From Terriglobia bacterium (lineage in GTDB: Bacteria; Acidobacteriota; Terriglobia; 20CM-2-55-15), in contig CBDCLE010000002.1 in NCBI GenBank assembly GCA_965218585.1, positions 128,001 through 192,000 of the forward strand: DNA of 64,000 bases, given 5' to 3'. A program made the position numbers and the translations under genes. Positions 9,897 through 19,292 of this stretch are shown here, one piece after another (the stretch's first letter is position 1; each line of letters begins with the position of its first letter). The notes under the pieces were generated by a model that searched no databases, was not told the DNA's origin, and worked only from the letters and a program-made list of their open reading frames with translations.

Positions 9897-10802
9897 TCAA
9901 TTCAGGTCAGTCAACCTTCGGACTTCGTCTGCCCATTCGGACTCGGAATCCAGTTCCAGATACCTTGCCCGTTGCTCTCGCGCCTCCGCGTCCAAATCGA
10001 GCCGCAGAAACAGGAGCGCCAGGTTATACACGGCAGGTGCAAAATCCGAATCCTCGGCCAAAGCCAACTCAAACTGATTCCTCGCCCGGCTCAGGCTCAC
10101 GGCCAATTCTTCTGCAGAGGCTCCGCCTCTCTCCAGATAGGCAACCCCGAGGTCATTCTGAACGGCCACATCATCATCCAGTTGTTGGGCGGCCTGTTCG
10201 AGGTATCGGATCGCCGTCTCAAAATCGCGGTTGAGAAGATAAAACGTCCCCATCATGTGGTTATCCGCCGCCTGTCGCAACATTTCCGCTTCCAAGGGGT
10301 CCATCGGCAGGCCACTTGAGTTTTCGCCACGAGTGGCGAACAGCGGACGGTAAGGTTGTTGCGACAATCGAGCCTCGAACGGGCGGTCAGAGGACAGCAG
10401 CAAGTCGACGATTTCCACTGGAGTCGGCACCGGCGACCGGTTCACCGTAAAAAACAATCCGGCCGTGATCGCCACCAACATCGATGCCGCAATCGCCAAC
10501 CATTTCCGAGAAAGGGAGGACCGGCGCGCCTCAACAGGCGCCGGCTTTTCTTGCCACTGTTCCATAACTGCCGAAACGACCGATTCCTCCTCCTCTCGGA
10601 CATCTTCGTCCAATATCCGCATGTAGAAGACGAGCCGGTTCCGGCAGTCGTCACAACCTACAAGGTGTTGTTCGGTCGCGTTTCGAACCGGAGAATCGAG
10701 TAACCCTTCCAGGTAACCTGTTAATGTGTCGTCATTTAAGCATTTGTTTTGAACCACTGTTTTGTTCCCCCAAAGCAAACCGGCCGATTCCCCTGTTACC
10801 AT
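9897..10802 (-). CDS. zf-HC2 anti-sigma factor with TM helix and periplasmic TPR
   Basis: CLNDDTLTGY...HLVGCDDCR, WLAIAASML TM helix, TPR motifs NDLGVAY and AVYNLAL. Confidence 0.9.
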   Translation of the reverse strand: MVTGESAGLLWGNKTVVQNKCLNDDTLTGYLEGLLDSPVRNATEQHLVGCDDCRNRLVFYMRILDEDVREEEESVVSAVMEQWQEKPAPVEARRSSLSRKWLAIAASMLVAITAGLFFTVNRSPVPTPVEIVDLLLSSDRPFEARLSQQPYRPLFATRGENSSGLPMDPLEAEMLRQAADNHMMGTFYLLNRDFETAIRYLEQAAQQLDDDVAVQNDLGVAYLERGGASAEELAVSLSRARNQFELALAEDSDFAPAVYNLALLFLRLDLDAEAREQRARYLELDSESEWADEVRRLTDLN

Positions 10803-10841
10803 GTCAATCAGTCCGGTTCGGTACTTATTTCCCCTGCTCTA

Positions 10842-10914
10842 ATAAGACGCAAAACCTGCACGAAACCCCACAAAACTTTTTGAAAAAGTTTTTACGTGCG
10901 GTTTACGTCTCTTA
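10842..10914. promoter_or_regulatory. Candidate divergent ECF-type promoters
   Basis: Similar motifs on opposite strands: TTTTACGTGCGGTTTACGTCTCTTA (+) and GTTTCGTGCAGGTTTTGCGTCTTA (-), each ending in a CGTCT -10-like box. Confidence 0.45.
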
Positions 10915-10985
10915 AGTCAAACAGCCAAAAGTCTGTTCGATCGGATCGATCCAAATTTTATTTGATTAAGAAGGAGACAATAAAA

Positions 10986-11775
10986 ATGAAACGACGTGAA
11001 TTCATGTCAGTGGCCGGCGGCGCAGGCTATTTCGATGCTACCCACCTCTTCACTGTTCGCAGCAACCGACCAGACGACACCTTTCTACGTCCGGGGACTT
11101 GCAATGCTGTCTTTCAGCGACCCGCAGTATCTCCATATCGCGCTTCCAAAAGCGCCCCATCACGCTGCGACTCTCGCGGTAACTCCTGTGGGCGGCGGCG
11201 AACCCACTGAAACAAGGATTGAAGGTAACGGAACGCTTGAAGGCATAGTCGCAAGCGGAGTCAAGCCGGACATCCGCATGCCGGAACTGATCCACATTCG
11301 TGAGTTGTACAGGGACGCTGTGGCGAACCTGGATGAAAGTCCCTCGATCATTTCTATTCCCTGGTCGGCTGTGCGCTCGATGTCGACGAACGTAGTGAGT
11401 GAAGACCGGTGGACATTCGTGTTCAAAGAGACCGGAGAAGAAGTAAATTCCTTCCGTCCGCGAAAAATTGCGGAGTCCATCAAGATTGATTTAGTATCGA
11501 ATGCGACTCTGACTATGAATGGCGGGCGGGTTTCTGTACCGCTCGCCGGCGCCGAGGAGGTTTGGACGGACTTTACTCCGACCCGGGCCGACATGGGCGC
11601 TTTCGAGGAACACTTCACGCACTATATGCCGTATGTCGGCACTGACGAAGTGGCTGAGGTCGTTCCGAAGAAGCTGGGACGTCCGAGGCAGTCGGCTAGG
11701 CTTTCGGGATTCGGCAACGCGTTTGCGGCACCGATGTTCCCCTGGGCAGCCTGCTTCCTCGTTCAACTTGACTGA
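10986..11775 (+). pseudogene. Putative Tat-exported protein, frameshifted in the signal peptide
   Basis: AAGGAG RBS then MKRREFMSVAGGA. One extra G near 11025 shifts out of frame with AISMLPTSSLFAA... (ORF 10996-11775). Confidence 0.75.
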
Positions 11776-11789
11776 TCGGGAGAAACTAA

Positions 11790-12538
11790 ATGCTTCACAG
11801 GTTCGGAAGAACCTGGATCGTGGCGGCGTTCGCGATGTCGGTCGTGGTCGCCGCCACGGGAATTTCTGCCATCTCAAAATACCGGTCTGCGGAAGCGACT
11901 CTTGACCGTTCTCTTCGTGAAGTATTCCGTCTGTCTCGGCCGACATCAGGCCGCCTCTTCGGAGCGCCGTACGCCCCGCACATCTCCGAACCAACGACTT
12001 CGATTGCACTGAACCGCGCCCAATTGTTGTTTTTGACGCTGCCCGAAAAATCCCCCGCATCCGACACATTCGAGGCTCATGTGGAAATCGCCTCACATCA
12101 ATGGAAAAACGCGGCAGATACTTTGGAAAATCTTGTTTCTCGATCACCTCAGGACCCAGGACTCTTGAACGATCTAGGAGTCTGCGCGGCAGAACGATTT
12201 TGGGTCATTGTGACCACAGCATAGTGTGTGTGCGCAGCACTTAGCATCGACATGGAGTACCGAGTTTCTTCTGCCGCGCAGACTCCTAGGTGTTGTCTAT
12301 CTGGAGCTCGGGATTCAGGACCCCTCTTACCTGATTCAAGCTTTCGCTCGGTTCGAGACGGCTTTGGAACTTGAACCCACGCTAGTCGAACCCGTCTTCA
12401 ATCTGGCCCTGACCTATCGACTCCTGCACCTCACAACTGATGAGAAAGTCGCGGTTGAAGAGTTTAGCGTGCTGGAACCAGAATCAGATTGGCTTATCGA
12501 GCTCACCCGTGAGGACCGACTTGGGATAGCAGATCTAG
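11790..12538 (+). pseudogene. TPR protein resembling the N-terminus of CHAT-domain proteins; split by a MITE and truncated by IS1380
   Basis: RPTSGRLFGAPYAP motif. Removing the MITE restores LLNDLG|VVYLELG...EPVFNLALTY. The frame stops a few codons after the IS1380. Confidence 0.8.
12178..12285. mobile_element. 108-bp MITE with CTAG duplication
   Basis: 17-bp perfect TIRs GAGTCTGCGCGGCAGAA / TTCTGCCGCGCAGACTC. CTAG at 12174-12177 and 12286-12289. Interrupts a codon of the TPR gene. Confidence 0.9.
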
Positions 12539-14275
12539 CCCGCATATTTCACCGATAGGACCAGAAAAGGCCGCCCTGTCTGGCATAAAGCGTTTTGAAA
12601 TAAACGTTTAACAAGCCAAACGGAGACGGCCCTTATGAGAACAGAGTGTAACCAAACGACGTTCGAATTTCACGGACTTCTTCAACGAAAAGTGAAGGCG
12701 CGTTTTGACGGCGGAAAGATCACCTCCGACGCTGGGGTTCTGCTGTTGAGGGAAGTGGAAAAGCGAACGGGTCTGATCGCCGGACTGGCCGAGTGTTTCA
12801 GGGATTACCGGGACGCGAGGTTGATCGAACACACGGTGAGCGAGTTATTGGGGCAGCGCGTCTACGGACTCTGTCTGGGCTACGAGGATCTGAACGATCA
12901 TGACCAACTGCGGACCGATCCGATGCTGGCCGTGGCGGTGGATAAGGCCGATCCACTGGGGGAGAAGCGGCGGCAGGCCCGAGACCGGGGAAAAGCGTTG
13001 GCGGGCAAGTGTACGCTGAACCGGTTGGAACTGACCGGGGAGCAAGTCGATGGGAAGGAGCGGTACAAGAAGATTGCCATGGACCCGGACAAGATCGACC
13101 GCTGGATGGTGGATGCATTTGTGGCGGCTCACGGATCGGCGCCCGAGGAGATTGTTCTGGACCTGGATGCGACCGATGATCCGATCCATGGCCATCAGGA
13201 AGGACGGTTCTTTCACGGCTACTACGGCAACTACTGTTATCTGCCGCTCTACATCTTTTCGGGAGAGCATCTGCTATGCGCCCGGTTGCGGTGCTCCAAT
13301 GTCGACGGTGCGGACGGCGCCGTCGAGGAATTGAACCGCATCATCGGCCAGATCCGGCAGAGCTGGCCGGAGGTGTCGATTATCATCCGGGCCGACTCGG
13401 GCTTTTGCCGGGATGAATTGCTGAGTTGGTGCGAGGCCCACCAGGTCGATTACGTGGTGGGTCTGGCCAAGAACGATCGGCTCAAGCGCGAGATCGCTGA
13501 ATCGATGAGTCAGGCCGAAGCCGAGTTTAACGACACCGGGAAACCGGCGCGGGTGTTTAACGATTTCCGGTATCGCACTCGGAAGAGCTGGACCTGCACC
13601 CGACGCGTCATCGGCAAGGCCGAGTTCCTGGAGAAAGGCGCCAATCCTCGATTCGTTGTGACCTCACTGTCGCCGGAACGCCTGGACGCCCGCGCCCTCT
13701 ATGAAGACTTTTACTGTGCGCGGGGCGACATGGAAAATCGCATCAAGGAACAGCAGTTGGATCTATTCGCCGACCGGACCAGCGCGGCAACCATGCGCGC
13801 CAATCAACTCCGGCTCTATCTGTCCTCGGCCGCCTACATGCTCCTGCACGCGTTACGCCGTCTGGGACTGAAGAATACCGATCTGGCCCGCGCTCAGTGC
13901 TAGACGATCCGCTTGAAGCTCCTCAAGATCGGAGCTCAAGTCCGTCTGACGGTTCGCAACATCTGGATCTCCATGTCGGAAGCCTATCCCTACGCCGAGG
14001 TCTTTGCCCTCGTCCATCGAAACCTGCAGGCGCTTCCTCTGCGCTGCTGAGAACCGACCCGATCCCCTGCGCCAAAATCGACTCGCTCTTTTCGGCTCCG
14101 CCGAGGTTTGTCTCAGTGCGTTTCGTCACCCTCTTCTGAACCCGAAAACGCAGCAACTCCCGCTTGTCGACACCGCCGAGTCACGCCACACATGCCCAAT
14201 TCGAACCCAGATCCTCCCGAATCCGATTCTTACTGCCCAAATCCCCCTGATCGCCGGACTGGTGAAACATGCGGG
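12539..14275 (+). mobile_element. IS1380-family element
   Basis: TIRs CCCGCATATTTCACC / GGTGAAACATGCGGG with CTAG on both flanks. Confidence 0.92.
12635..14050 (+). pseudogene. IS1380 transposase with premature TAG at 13901-13903
   Basis: FDGGKITSDAG, GYEDLNDH, LDLDATDD, RADSGF and RGDMENRIKE motifs. The frame continues past the TAG as TIRLKLLKIGA...LPLRC*. Confidence 0.9.
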
Positions 14276-14392
14276 CTAGTTCTTCGTCAGTGACTTCGAA
14301 GAACTTCAGAGTTTCGGTTCGCGTGTCTCAAGCTGGTCGATAAGATTCATTTCCTAGATACGCCCCCTGGTACCAGCACTGTGCCCAAACGA

Positions 14393-14920
14393 TCACCTGA
14401 ACGGACGGGGATCCTGGGACCGGATATACGTCACCGGCGGGGAGTGTCGTTTAAATTCCTTCCGGAGTTCAGGACTCACCTTTCGAAAAGCCGAAACTGA
14501 CAGAGCAACACCTGTCGATCTTAAGATCGCCGTCATGTTCACGTCCCGCCCGATCACGTCGTATCGCTTGACGTCCCCTTCGCCAAACGGACCCGCGACG
14601 GCGCTTCCGAAATGGGCCTTTGCCGTAAAACGACACTGCCAGCCACGCTGGTTCATCAGTCTATCGACAGCCTCCTTCAATTCCAGCAGCATTTTAACGC
14701 CCGCGTCGAGGGCGTCTTCCGGGAAAACGGCCAGCGTTGCGTCTCCTATGAATTTTACGACCCGTCCACCGGATGTCCGGACGGCCCTGCCGACAAGCTG
14801 GTAATAGTCGTCTACAACATCAGCCAGTTCGACATCGGTGACCCGCTGGCTCTCGGCTGAAAATCGGGTCAGGTCAATGAAGACGATGAGTAGAGAAGTT
14901 TCGATACGGGATTCAGGCAT
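14393..14920 (-). CDS. Stand-alone class III adenylate/guanylate cyclase domain protein
   Basis: GGAGG RBS before MPESRIE. Motifs VFIDLTRFS, VVKFIGDA and YDVIGRDVN. Confidence 0.88.
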   Translation of the reverse strand: MPESRIETSLLIVFIDLTRFSAESQRVTDVELADVVDDYYQLVGRAVRTSGGRVVKFIGDATLAVFPEDALDAGVKMLLELKEAVDRLMNQRGWQCRFTAKAHFGSAVAGPFGEGDVKRYDVIGRDVNMTAILRSTGVALSVSAFRKVSPELRKEFKRHSPPVTYIRSQDPRPFR

Positions 14921-15111
14921 GCGATACCTCCAGGTTTGGTCGTCTGTCGTCGGCCCATGAGTCCGACAGTGATTGGAGTAACGCAGGTCCGTACGTCCTG
15001 CAGTGACTGGTAGTTTATTAAGTCTGGATTGGCGGGCGCAAGCGATTTTGGTCTGACGAAGGGATGGCCGCCGAGCCGCGAGCGGCCTAACCTCGAGGCG
15101 AAAAGGCCGGC

Positions 15112-15753
15112 TCAGACCGCGAGCTGTCTGATTCGGCGGCGAACCAGGAAGGACTGTAGGAGCCCCACCCATCCGGACGCGAACGTGTAGATGGCTATGC
15201 CGGAAGCCATGCGTAACAGGAAAAGAAGAGTCAGTCCAACGGGAATTACTGGGGTAGCGAAGCGCTGCTGCTCGGACACGTTCGCACCCATCGCTGCAGA
15301 CAACCCTGTTAACGCGGCGCAGATGAAGGCTAACGCCATGTCGGGTTTTGTCAGGTCTTTGATCCATAGAAACTGACCCGCTGTCGTAAGTCCACGCCGA
15401 ACTGCGGCAAAAACCCCAAGGAACAGCGGGAATTGCACAACAAGAGTGGCGAAACGCGTTCCATCGAGTAACCGGATCCCGTGCTTTCGATGCAATCGGG
15501 CCGTTCCCTTCCAGATCCGGCCGGGGTCGTCCTTATACTTCTTCCGGAGCCCGGACAACTGGGGTTCAAGTTTCCTGAGCGCAGCCTGAGTTTCGACAGA
15601 TCGATGAGCCATTCGCAACGTGAGTGGTAACAGGGCAACCCTGAACGTCACCGAGACGAATGCGATGGCCATTCCCATGTTGCCGCCAAATACCACCGAA
15701 AGGCTAAACAGGGCCGCATAGATAAGATCAACAAACTCAGTCCATAGTTCCAT
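15112..15753 (-). CDS. Short YidC/Oxa1-family membrane protein insertase
   Basis: RVALLPL, LRKKYKDDP, VQFPLFLGVF and FLWIKDLTKPD motifs. Confidence 0.85.
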   Translation of the reverse strand: MELWTEFVDLIYAALFSLSVVFGGNMGMAIAFVSVTFRVALLPLTLRMAHRSVETQAALRKLEPQLSGLRKKYKDDPGRIWKGTARLHRKHGIRLLDGTRFATLVVQFPLFLGVFAAVRRGLTTAGQFLWIKDLTKPDMALAFICAALTGLSAAMGANVSEQQRFATPVIPVGLTLLFLLRMASGIAIYTFASGWVGLLQSFLVRRRIRQLAV

Positions 15754-15850
15754 TGTTCCTCTCTCGATTCTTCAGAGTGCATCGTTTACGTCGTCTGCCG
15801 AGTCGAGGTCTGACCCCCTTGCCTGCCTGAAGGATCTGCGACCTAATCGC

Positions 15851-16411
15851 CTATTCAGCAAGCGCGTTCCACTCTTCCTTGAGCAAGCCGAAAACGAAAG
15901 TGTCATGAACGCCCGTAGCTGTTCGAGTATACCTCCGGAGCCGCCCTTCCAACCTGAAACCCACGCCGCCGATCACACGAATAGAGGCAGCGTTGAAATG
16001 AAGCGTGTGGGCGGTGATTCGATCCAATCCCAACGTGTCGAAAGCATATGGAATGAACGCACGCACCGCCTCGCGGGCGATCCCGTGGCCACGGTGCGCC
16101 GCACCCAACCAGACTCCGAGTTCGCCGTTGTGGGTCGTACCCGGAACAAGGTCGTCCACACCAACGCTCCCCACGAGCGATCCAGCTGGGTCTCGGATCA
16201 CGAAACAGATCTCTACCTCAGCCCTTTCAAGAAACATCAGTCGGTGCCGAATCCATGACTGAGCGGTCTCTTGAGTATAGGGTTGAGAGAGCGCAGGAAT
16301 CGTCTTCGCGATTTCGCCGTCCCCGAGGTATCTAACGTAGTCGTCTCTATCCTCTTTGCGCACACTCGTGAGGCTATGTCCGCCAGGTAGAGATAGTTGT
16401 GTTTTCGTCAT
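15851..16411 (-). CDS. GNAT N-acetyltransferase (RimJ/RimL-like)
   Basis: ELGVWLG...HRGHGIA, NAASIRV, GFRLEGRLR. Confidence 0.9.
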   Translation of the reverse strand: MTKTQLSLPGGHSLTSVRKEDRDDYVRYLGDGEIAKTIPALSQPYTQETAQSWIRHRLMFLERAEVEICFVIRDPAGSLVGSVGVDDLVPGTTHNGELGVWLGAAHRGHGIAREAVRAFIPYAFDTLGLDRITAHTLHFNAASIRVIGGVGFRLEGRLRRYTRTATGVHDTFVFGLLKEEWNALAE

Positions 16412-16480
16412 ACGTCATCCTCTCGGTTATTTATCCAAACAGTTGTGGGAGAACTTTTGATCACCTGACCGCAGCGTCAG

Positions 16481-16690
16481 CTAACCGGAAAACATGATCC
16501 CCTGGTCCCATGCCAACTCGCGGAAGGTCGGTGACACTTCGGCGAGTTCTTCGAAGCTGTTCGCCACAGCCTGAATGCGGCCACCCTGGCCATCGACCCT
16601 GTCAATCAGCACGAACCGGTCGCAGATACGTCGAACCGTGTTCAGCCGATGGGTGACGATCAATGCTCCGCACTGATGTAAGACTCGTCT
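16481..16690 (-). pseudogene. C-terminal fragment of an ABC transporter ATPase
   Basis: H-loop LIVTHRLNTVRRICDRFVLI present; no Walker A/B upstream. Confidence 0.65.
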
Positions 16691-16775
16691 CTTCTGCTTC
16701 GCTTCGTAGCAACAACTTCGGCGCGGTTCCCGGAGGCGGCTGACGCTTCAATCGAACCGTTGATGCCTTTTATTT
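16690..16775 (-). pseudogene. Internal fragment of a DUF4097-like beta-strand repeat protein
   Basis: IKGINGSIEASAASGNRAEVVATKRS, cut off by the IS1595 end. Confidence 0.5.
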
Positions 16776-16986
16776 GGGGATTATAAACTCTACTTGACTC
16801 CTTGATCCTGCCTAGTCTAGCGTATTCATCAGCCAAACAGTCTATTCGTGGCCCGTCCTCACCGGGTCGCCCTCCCAATACGATACCCCTTCCGGGGAAA
16901 CAGGCGGGATTCCATCAACACGGATGGACTGTTTGGCGACTGGCCCGGTGGCCCATTCTGGGTTCCGGGAATTCCCGGGAGGCGCC

Positions 16987-18345
16987 ATGCAGAAAATGCT
17001 CCTGACCCTGTTGCTTCTGATCGCTCCTGTACCTGTTCTTGGACAACTCACGCTAACCGTTCCGAAGTCGGCCAAGGCATTTGCGTACTTCCCTCACATT
17101 GTTGCTGGAGGAGGTTGGCAGACGACATTTACCTTATCCAACCCTGAGAAGAGGGGGCCGGTGGATGTCACTGTCTACTTTACAGGGGATGACGGGGAGG
17201 ATCTTCCCTTAGACATCGGTCAAGGCCTTTGGTCTGGAGTACGGTACAAGGAACTACCGAAACTTGGCACGGCGGAGTTCACGGTCGGTTTACCTGGGAC
17301 TGAGGGCTCTGAAGCTATCCAAACGGGATGGGCCAGACTTTTTGCGGACAACTTTGTTGTAGCCTCGGCCACCTATAGCTGGGCTCCGGGTGGAGTGCTC
17401 GCATATTCGGTGAGTGTTCCTGCCGTATGGTCTACCGTTGAATACTTTTCGTCGGCGACACCCAGCCTTGGAATTGCCGTTGGCAACACCCACCTATCCG
17501 AACTGACCATTGACGTTTTCGCTGGGGCCGCCAGCGGAGCATACAGTGGGACTATTGCGTTACCCGGAAAAGGGCACAAGGCGCTTCTGCTCAGGGAGGT
17601 CATACCAAGCCTTCCGTTAGATTTTATGGGAACGATCAGGATGTCAGCCAACGGGAATAGCTTCGCCGCTCTGGCGCTCAAGGACAACGGGAGCGGGATC
17701 TATTCCAGCCTTCCAAGCGGACAGGCTGCTCGGCCTCCCTCGCACTACGACCGTATATGGAACGTATTCGTCAGAATGGTGGCGACAGCGAAGCTCGTTG
17801 AGCCCGACCTAGATTGGGATGACGTGGAGCTGGATATCGGTTACGAGAAAACGATTAACGCATATGGAGGATGGGGCGGCATCAAGATCAACATGGCATT
17901 AGCGGAGTTGTTGTCCGACTCGGAGAGCGAGCTGGCGTTCACGGTCGCGCATGAAATCGGCCATGTCATCCAGTTCCGTACCAATAACGAGAAACTTGTG
18001 AACCCCAACTTGGAGCTGGACGCGGATTTCATGGGGTTGATGCTATCGCTGATCGCGGGTTACGACCCCTATGCGGGGGCGGGCACGTTAGCGAAGTTGG
18101 CGATGGCGAACGGGCAAACGTCATTGCGCACGCAATATACGCAGGATCTCACGCGGATTGCTGATAGGACAGGAACGGTGCACGGCTCGTTCAGCAACAG
18201 GCTGGATCAGCTATTCAACAGCATCCAGGAGCTGTGCCAGTTTCCCGGACTAGACGACTTTTGCACTGAATACCGCCGCAAATTTCACCCGCATCTGCCG
18301 GGTCAAGTGCTGCTGGATTCAAATGTGGGTTTCGTGCCAAAGTGA
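16987..18345 (+). CDS. Secreted M48-family zinc metallopeptidase (passenger gene)
   Basis: GGAGG RBS and signal peptide MQKMLLTLLLL. Motifs INAYG, ELAFTVAHEIGH, ELDADFMG, AGYDP, H...RL. Confidence 0.88.
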   Translation: MQKMLLTLLLLIAPVPVLGQLTLTVPKSAKAFAYFPHIVAGGGWQTTFTLSNPEKRGPVDVTVYFTGDDGEDLPLDIGQGLWSGVRYKELPKLGTAEFTVGLPGTEGSEAIQTGWARLFADNFVVASATYSWAPGGVLAYSVSVPAVWSTVEYFSSATPSLGIAVGNTHLSELTIDVFAGAASGAYSGTIALPGKGHKALLLREVIPSLPLDFMGTIRMSANGNSFAALALKDNGSGIYSSLPSGQAARPPSHYDRIWNVFVRMVATAKLVEPDLDWDDVELDIGYEKTINAYGGWGGIKINMALAELLSDSESELAFTVAHEIGHVIQFRTNNEKLVNPNLELDADFMGLMLSLIAGYDPYAGAGTLAKLAMANGQTSLRTQYTQDLTRIADRTGTVHGSFSNRLDQLFNSIQELCQFPGLDDFCTEYRRKFHPHLPGQVLLDSNVGFVPK

Positions 18346-18351
18346 AGGTAT

Positions 18352-18377
18352 GTGGGCGGGGCCGTCACCCCGCCCAC
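18352..18377 (+). terminator. GC-rich hairpin after the M48 gene
   Basis: GTGGGCGGGG-CCGTCA-CCCCGCCCAC. Confidence 0.55.
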
Positions 18378-18533
18378 CGCTACGTATTTACAGTGTAGGC
18401 GTGGTACTGTAATCGCGAACATCGAGGAGGGAATTATGGGAGGCAGAAACGATAACGATTTCTCGACATAAGGCAACCTCCGATGATAATTTGTCGGATC
18501 TGTTTTGAGTTGGTTCAAGACAGGAGTGCTTGA

Positions 18534-19070
18534 ATGGAGTGGCTGATAAATAATCCGGTTGGGGTCGTTGCGATAATTGCGATCATCACCATTGCTTTCA
18601 AGGCGATCTATTGGATAGCTAGCGTTGACAAGGATCAAGCTAGCCTCAAAACATCCGCCGATAGCGACAGGTCTCTTCTGCGCGATTTTATGAAGGAAAT
18701 CAGGGACGATATTAAAAAAATATTTGAGCGGTTACCTTCTCCTACACTCTCGGAAAATAGTCCGCTTCAACTGAACGCTCTTGGCCAGTCAATATCGGGA
18801 AAGTTGAGAGCGCGAACATGGGCCGAACAGGTCGCGAAGCAGTTGGAGGGCACTGTGCAGGGAAAATCGTCTTACGAAATCCAGTCTCAGTGCTTCGACT
18901 TCGTGGACCAAGCTGAATTGGAACAGTCGATGCGCCAGGCAGTATTGGATTGTGCATATGAAAATGGGATTAGTGAAGATCAGGTGCTCGATGTTTTGGC
19001 CATCGAATTACGAGATATAGTACTGTCGCTCACTGGACATCATCCTGATGACATCCCGGATAAGCGGTAG
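18534..19070 (+). CDS. Hypothetical single-pass membrane protein (passenger gene)
   Basis: AGGAG RBS, N-terminal TM helix, coiled coil, SPLQLNALG motif. Confidence 0.75.
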   Translation: MEWLINNPVGVVAIIAIITIAFKAIYWIASVDKDQASLKTSADSDRSLLRDFMKEIRDDIKKIFERLPSPTLSENSPLQLNALGQSISGKLRARTWAEQVAKQLEGTVQGKSSYEIQSQCFDFVDQAELEQSMRQAVLDCAYENGISEDQVLDVLAIELRDIVLSLTGHHPDDIPDKR

Positions 19071-19094
19071 TCATTGTCATAGGGGGAACTGTTC

Positions 19095-19292
19095 ATGAAA
19101 CCGATGCTCGATCCAGAACGAGATCTGAAGGGCGCAACGCCAGAGAAGCTGGCCCGCGCCCTGTTCCGGCGCGTGGAACCGTTACGACCGTGCACCGGAA
19201 GCAAGGCCATTGGCCGCGATAAGGTCGCGGCGAAGAAGGTTCCGGCCAACAAGCCTCGCAACGGTGCTTCGCATCTGGACAAGCGTTCCTGA
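19095..19292 (+). CDS. Small ORF convergent with the IS1595 transposase
   Basis: GGGGGA RBS-like sequence; MKPMLDPERDLKGATPEKLARALFRR. Confidence 0.5.
   Translation: MKPMLDPERDLKGATPEKLARALFRRVEPLRPCTGSKAIGRDKVAAKKVPANKPRNGASHLDKRS

Noticed and set aside
13901-13903. TAG readthrough (pyrrolysine) in the IS1380 transposase
   Set aside because: No supporting context; a single nonsense substitution explains it.
14921-15367. 5' extensions in the ORF track (cyclase, DUF4097, cupin, proC, glutaminyl cyclase, SSS)
   Set aside because: They overlap neighbouring genes or non-coding DNA. Downstream starts with an RBS, signal peptide or stop/start overlap fit better.
14921-16480. Integron attC sites between small co-oriented genes (GTTAGGC, GTTAGCT cores)
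   Set aside because: No paired R''/R' and L boxes could be built, and there is no integrase in the window.
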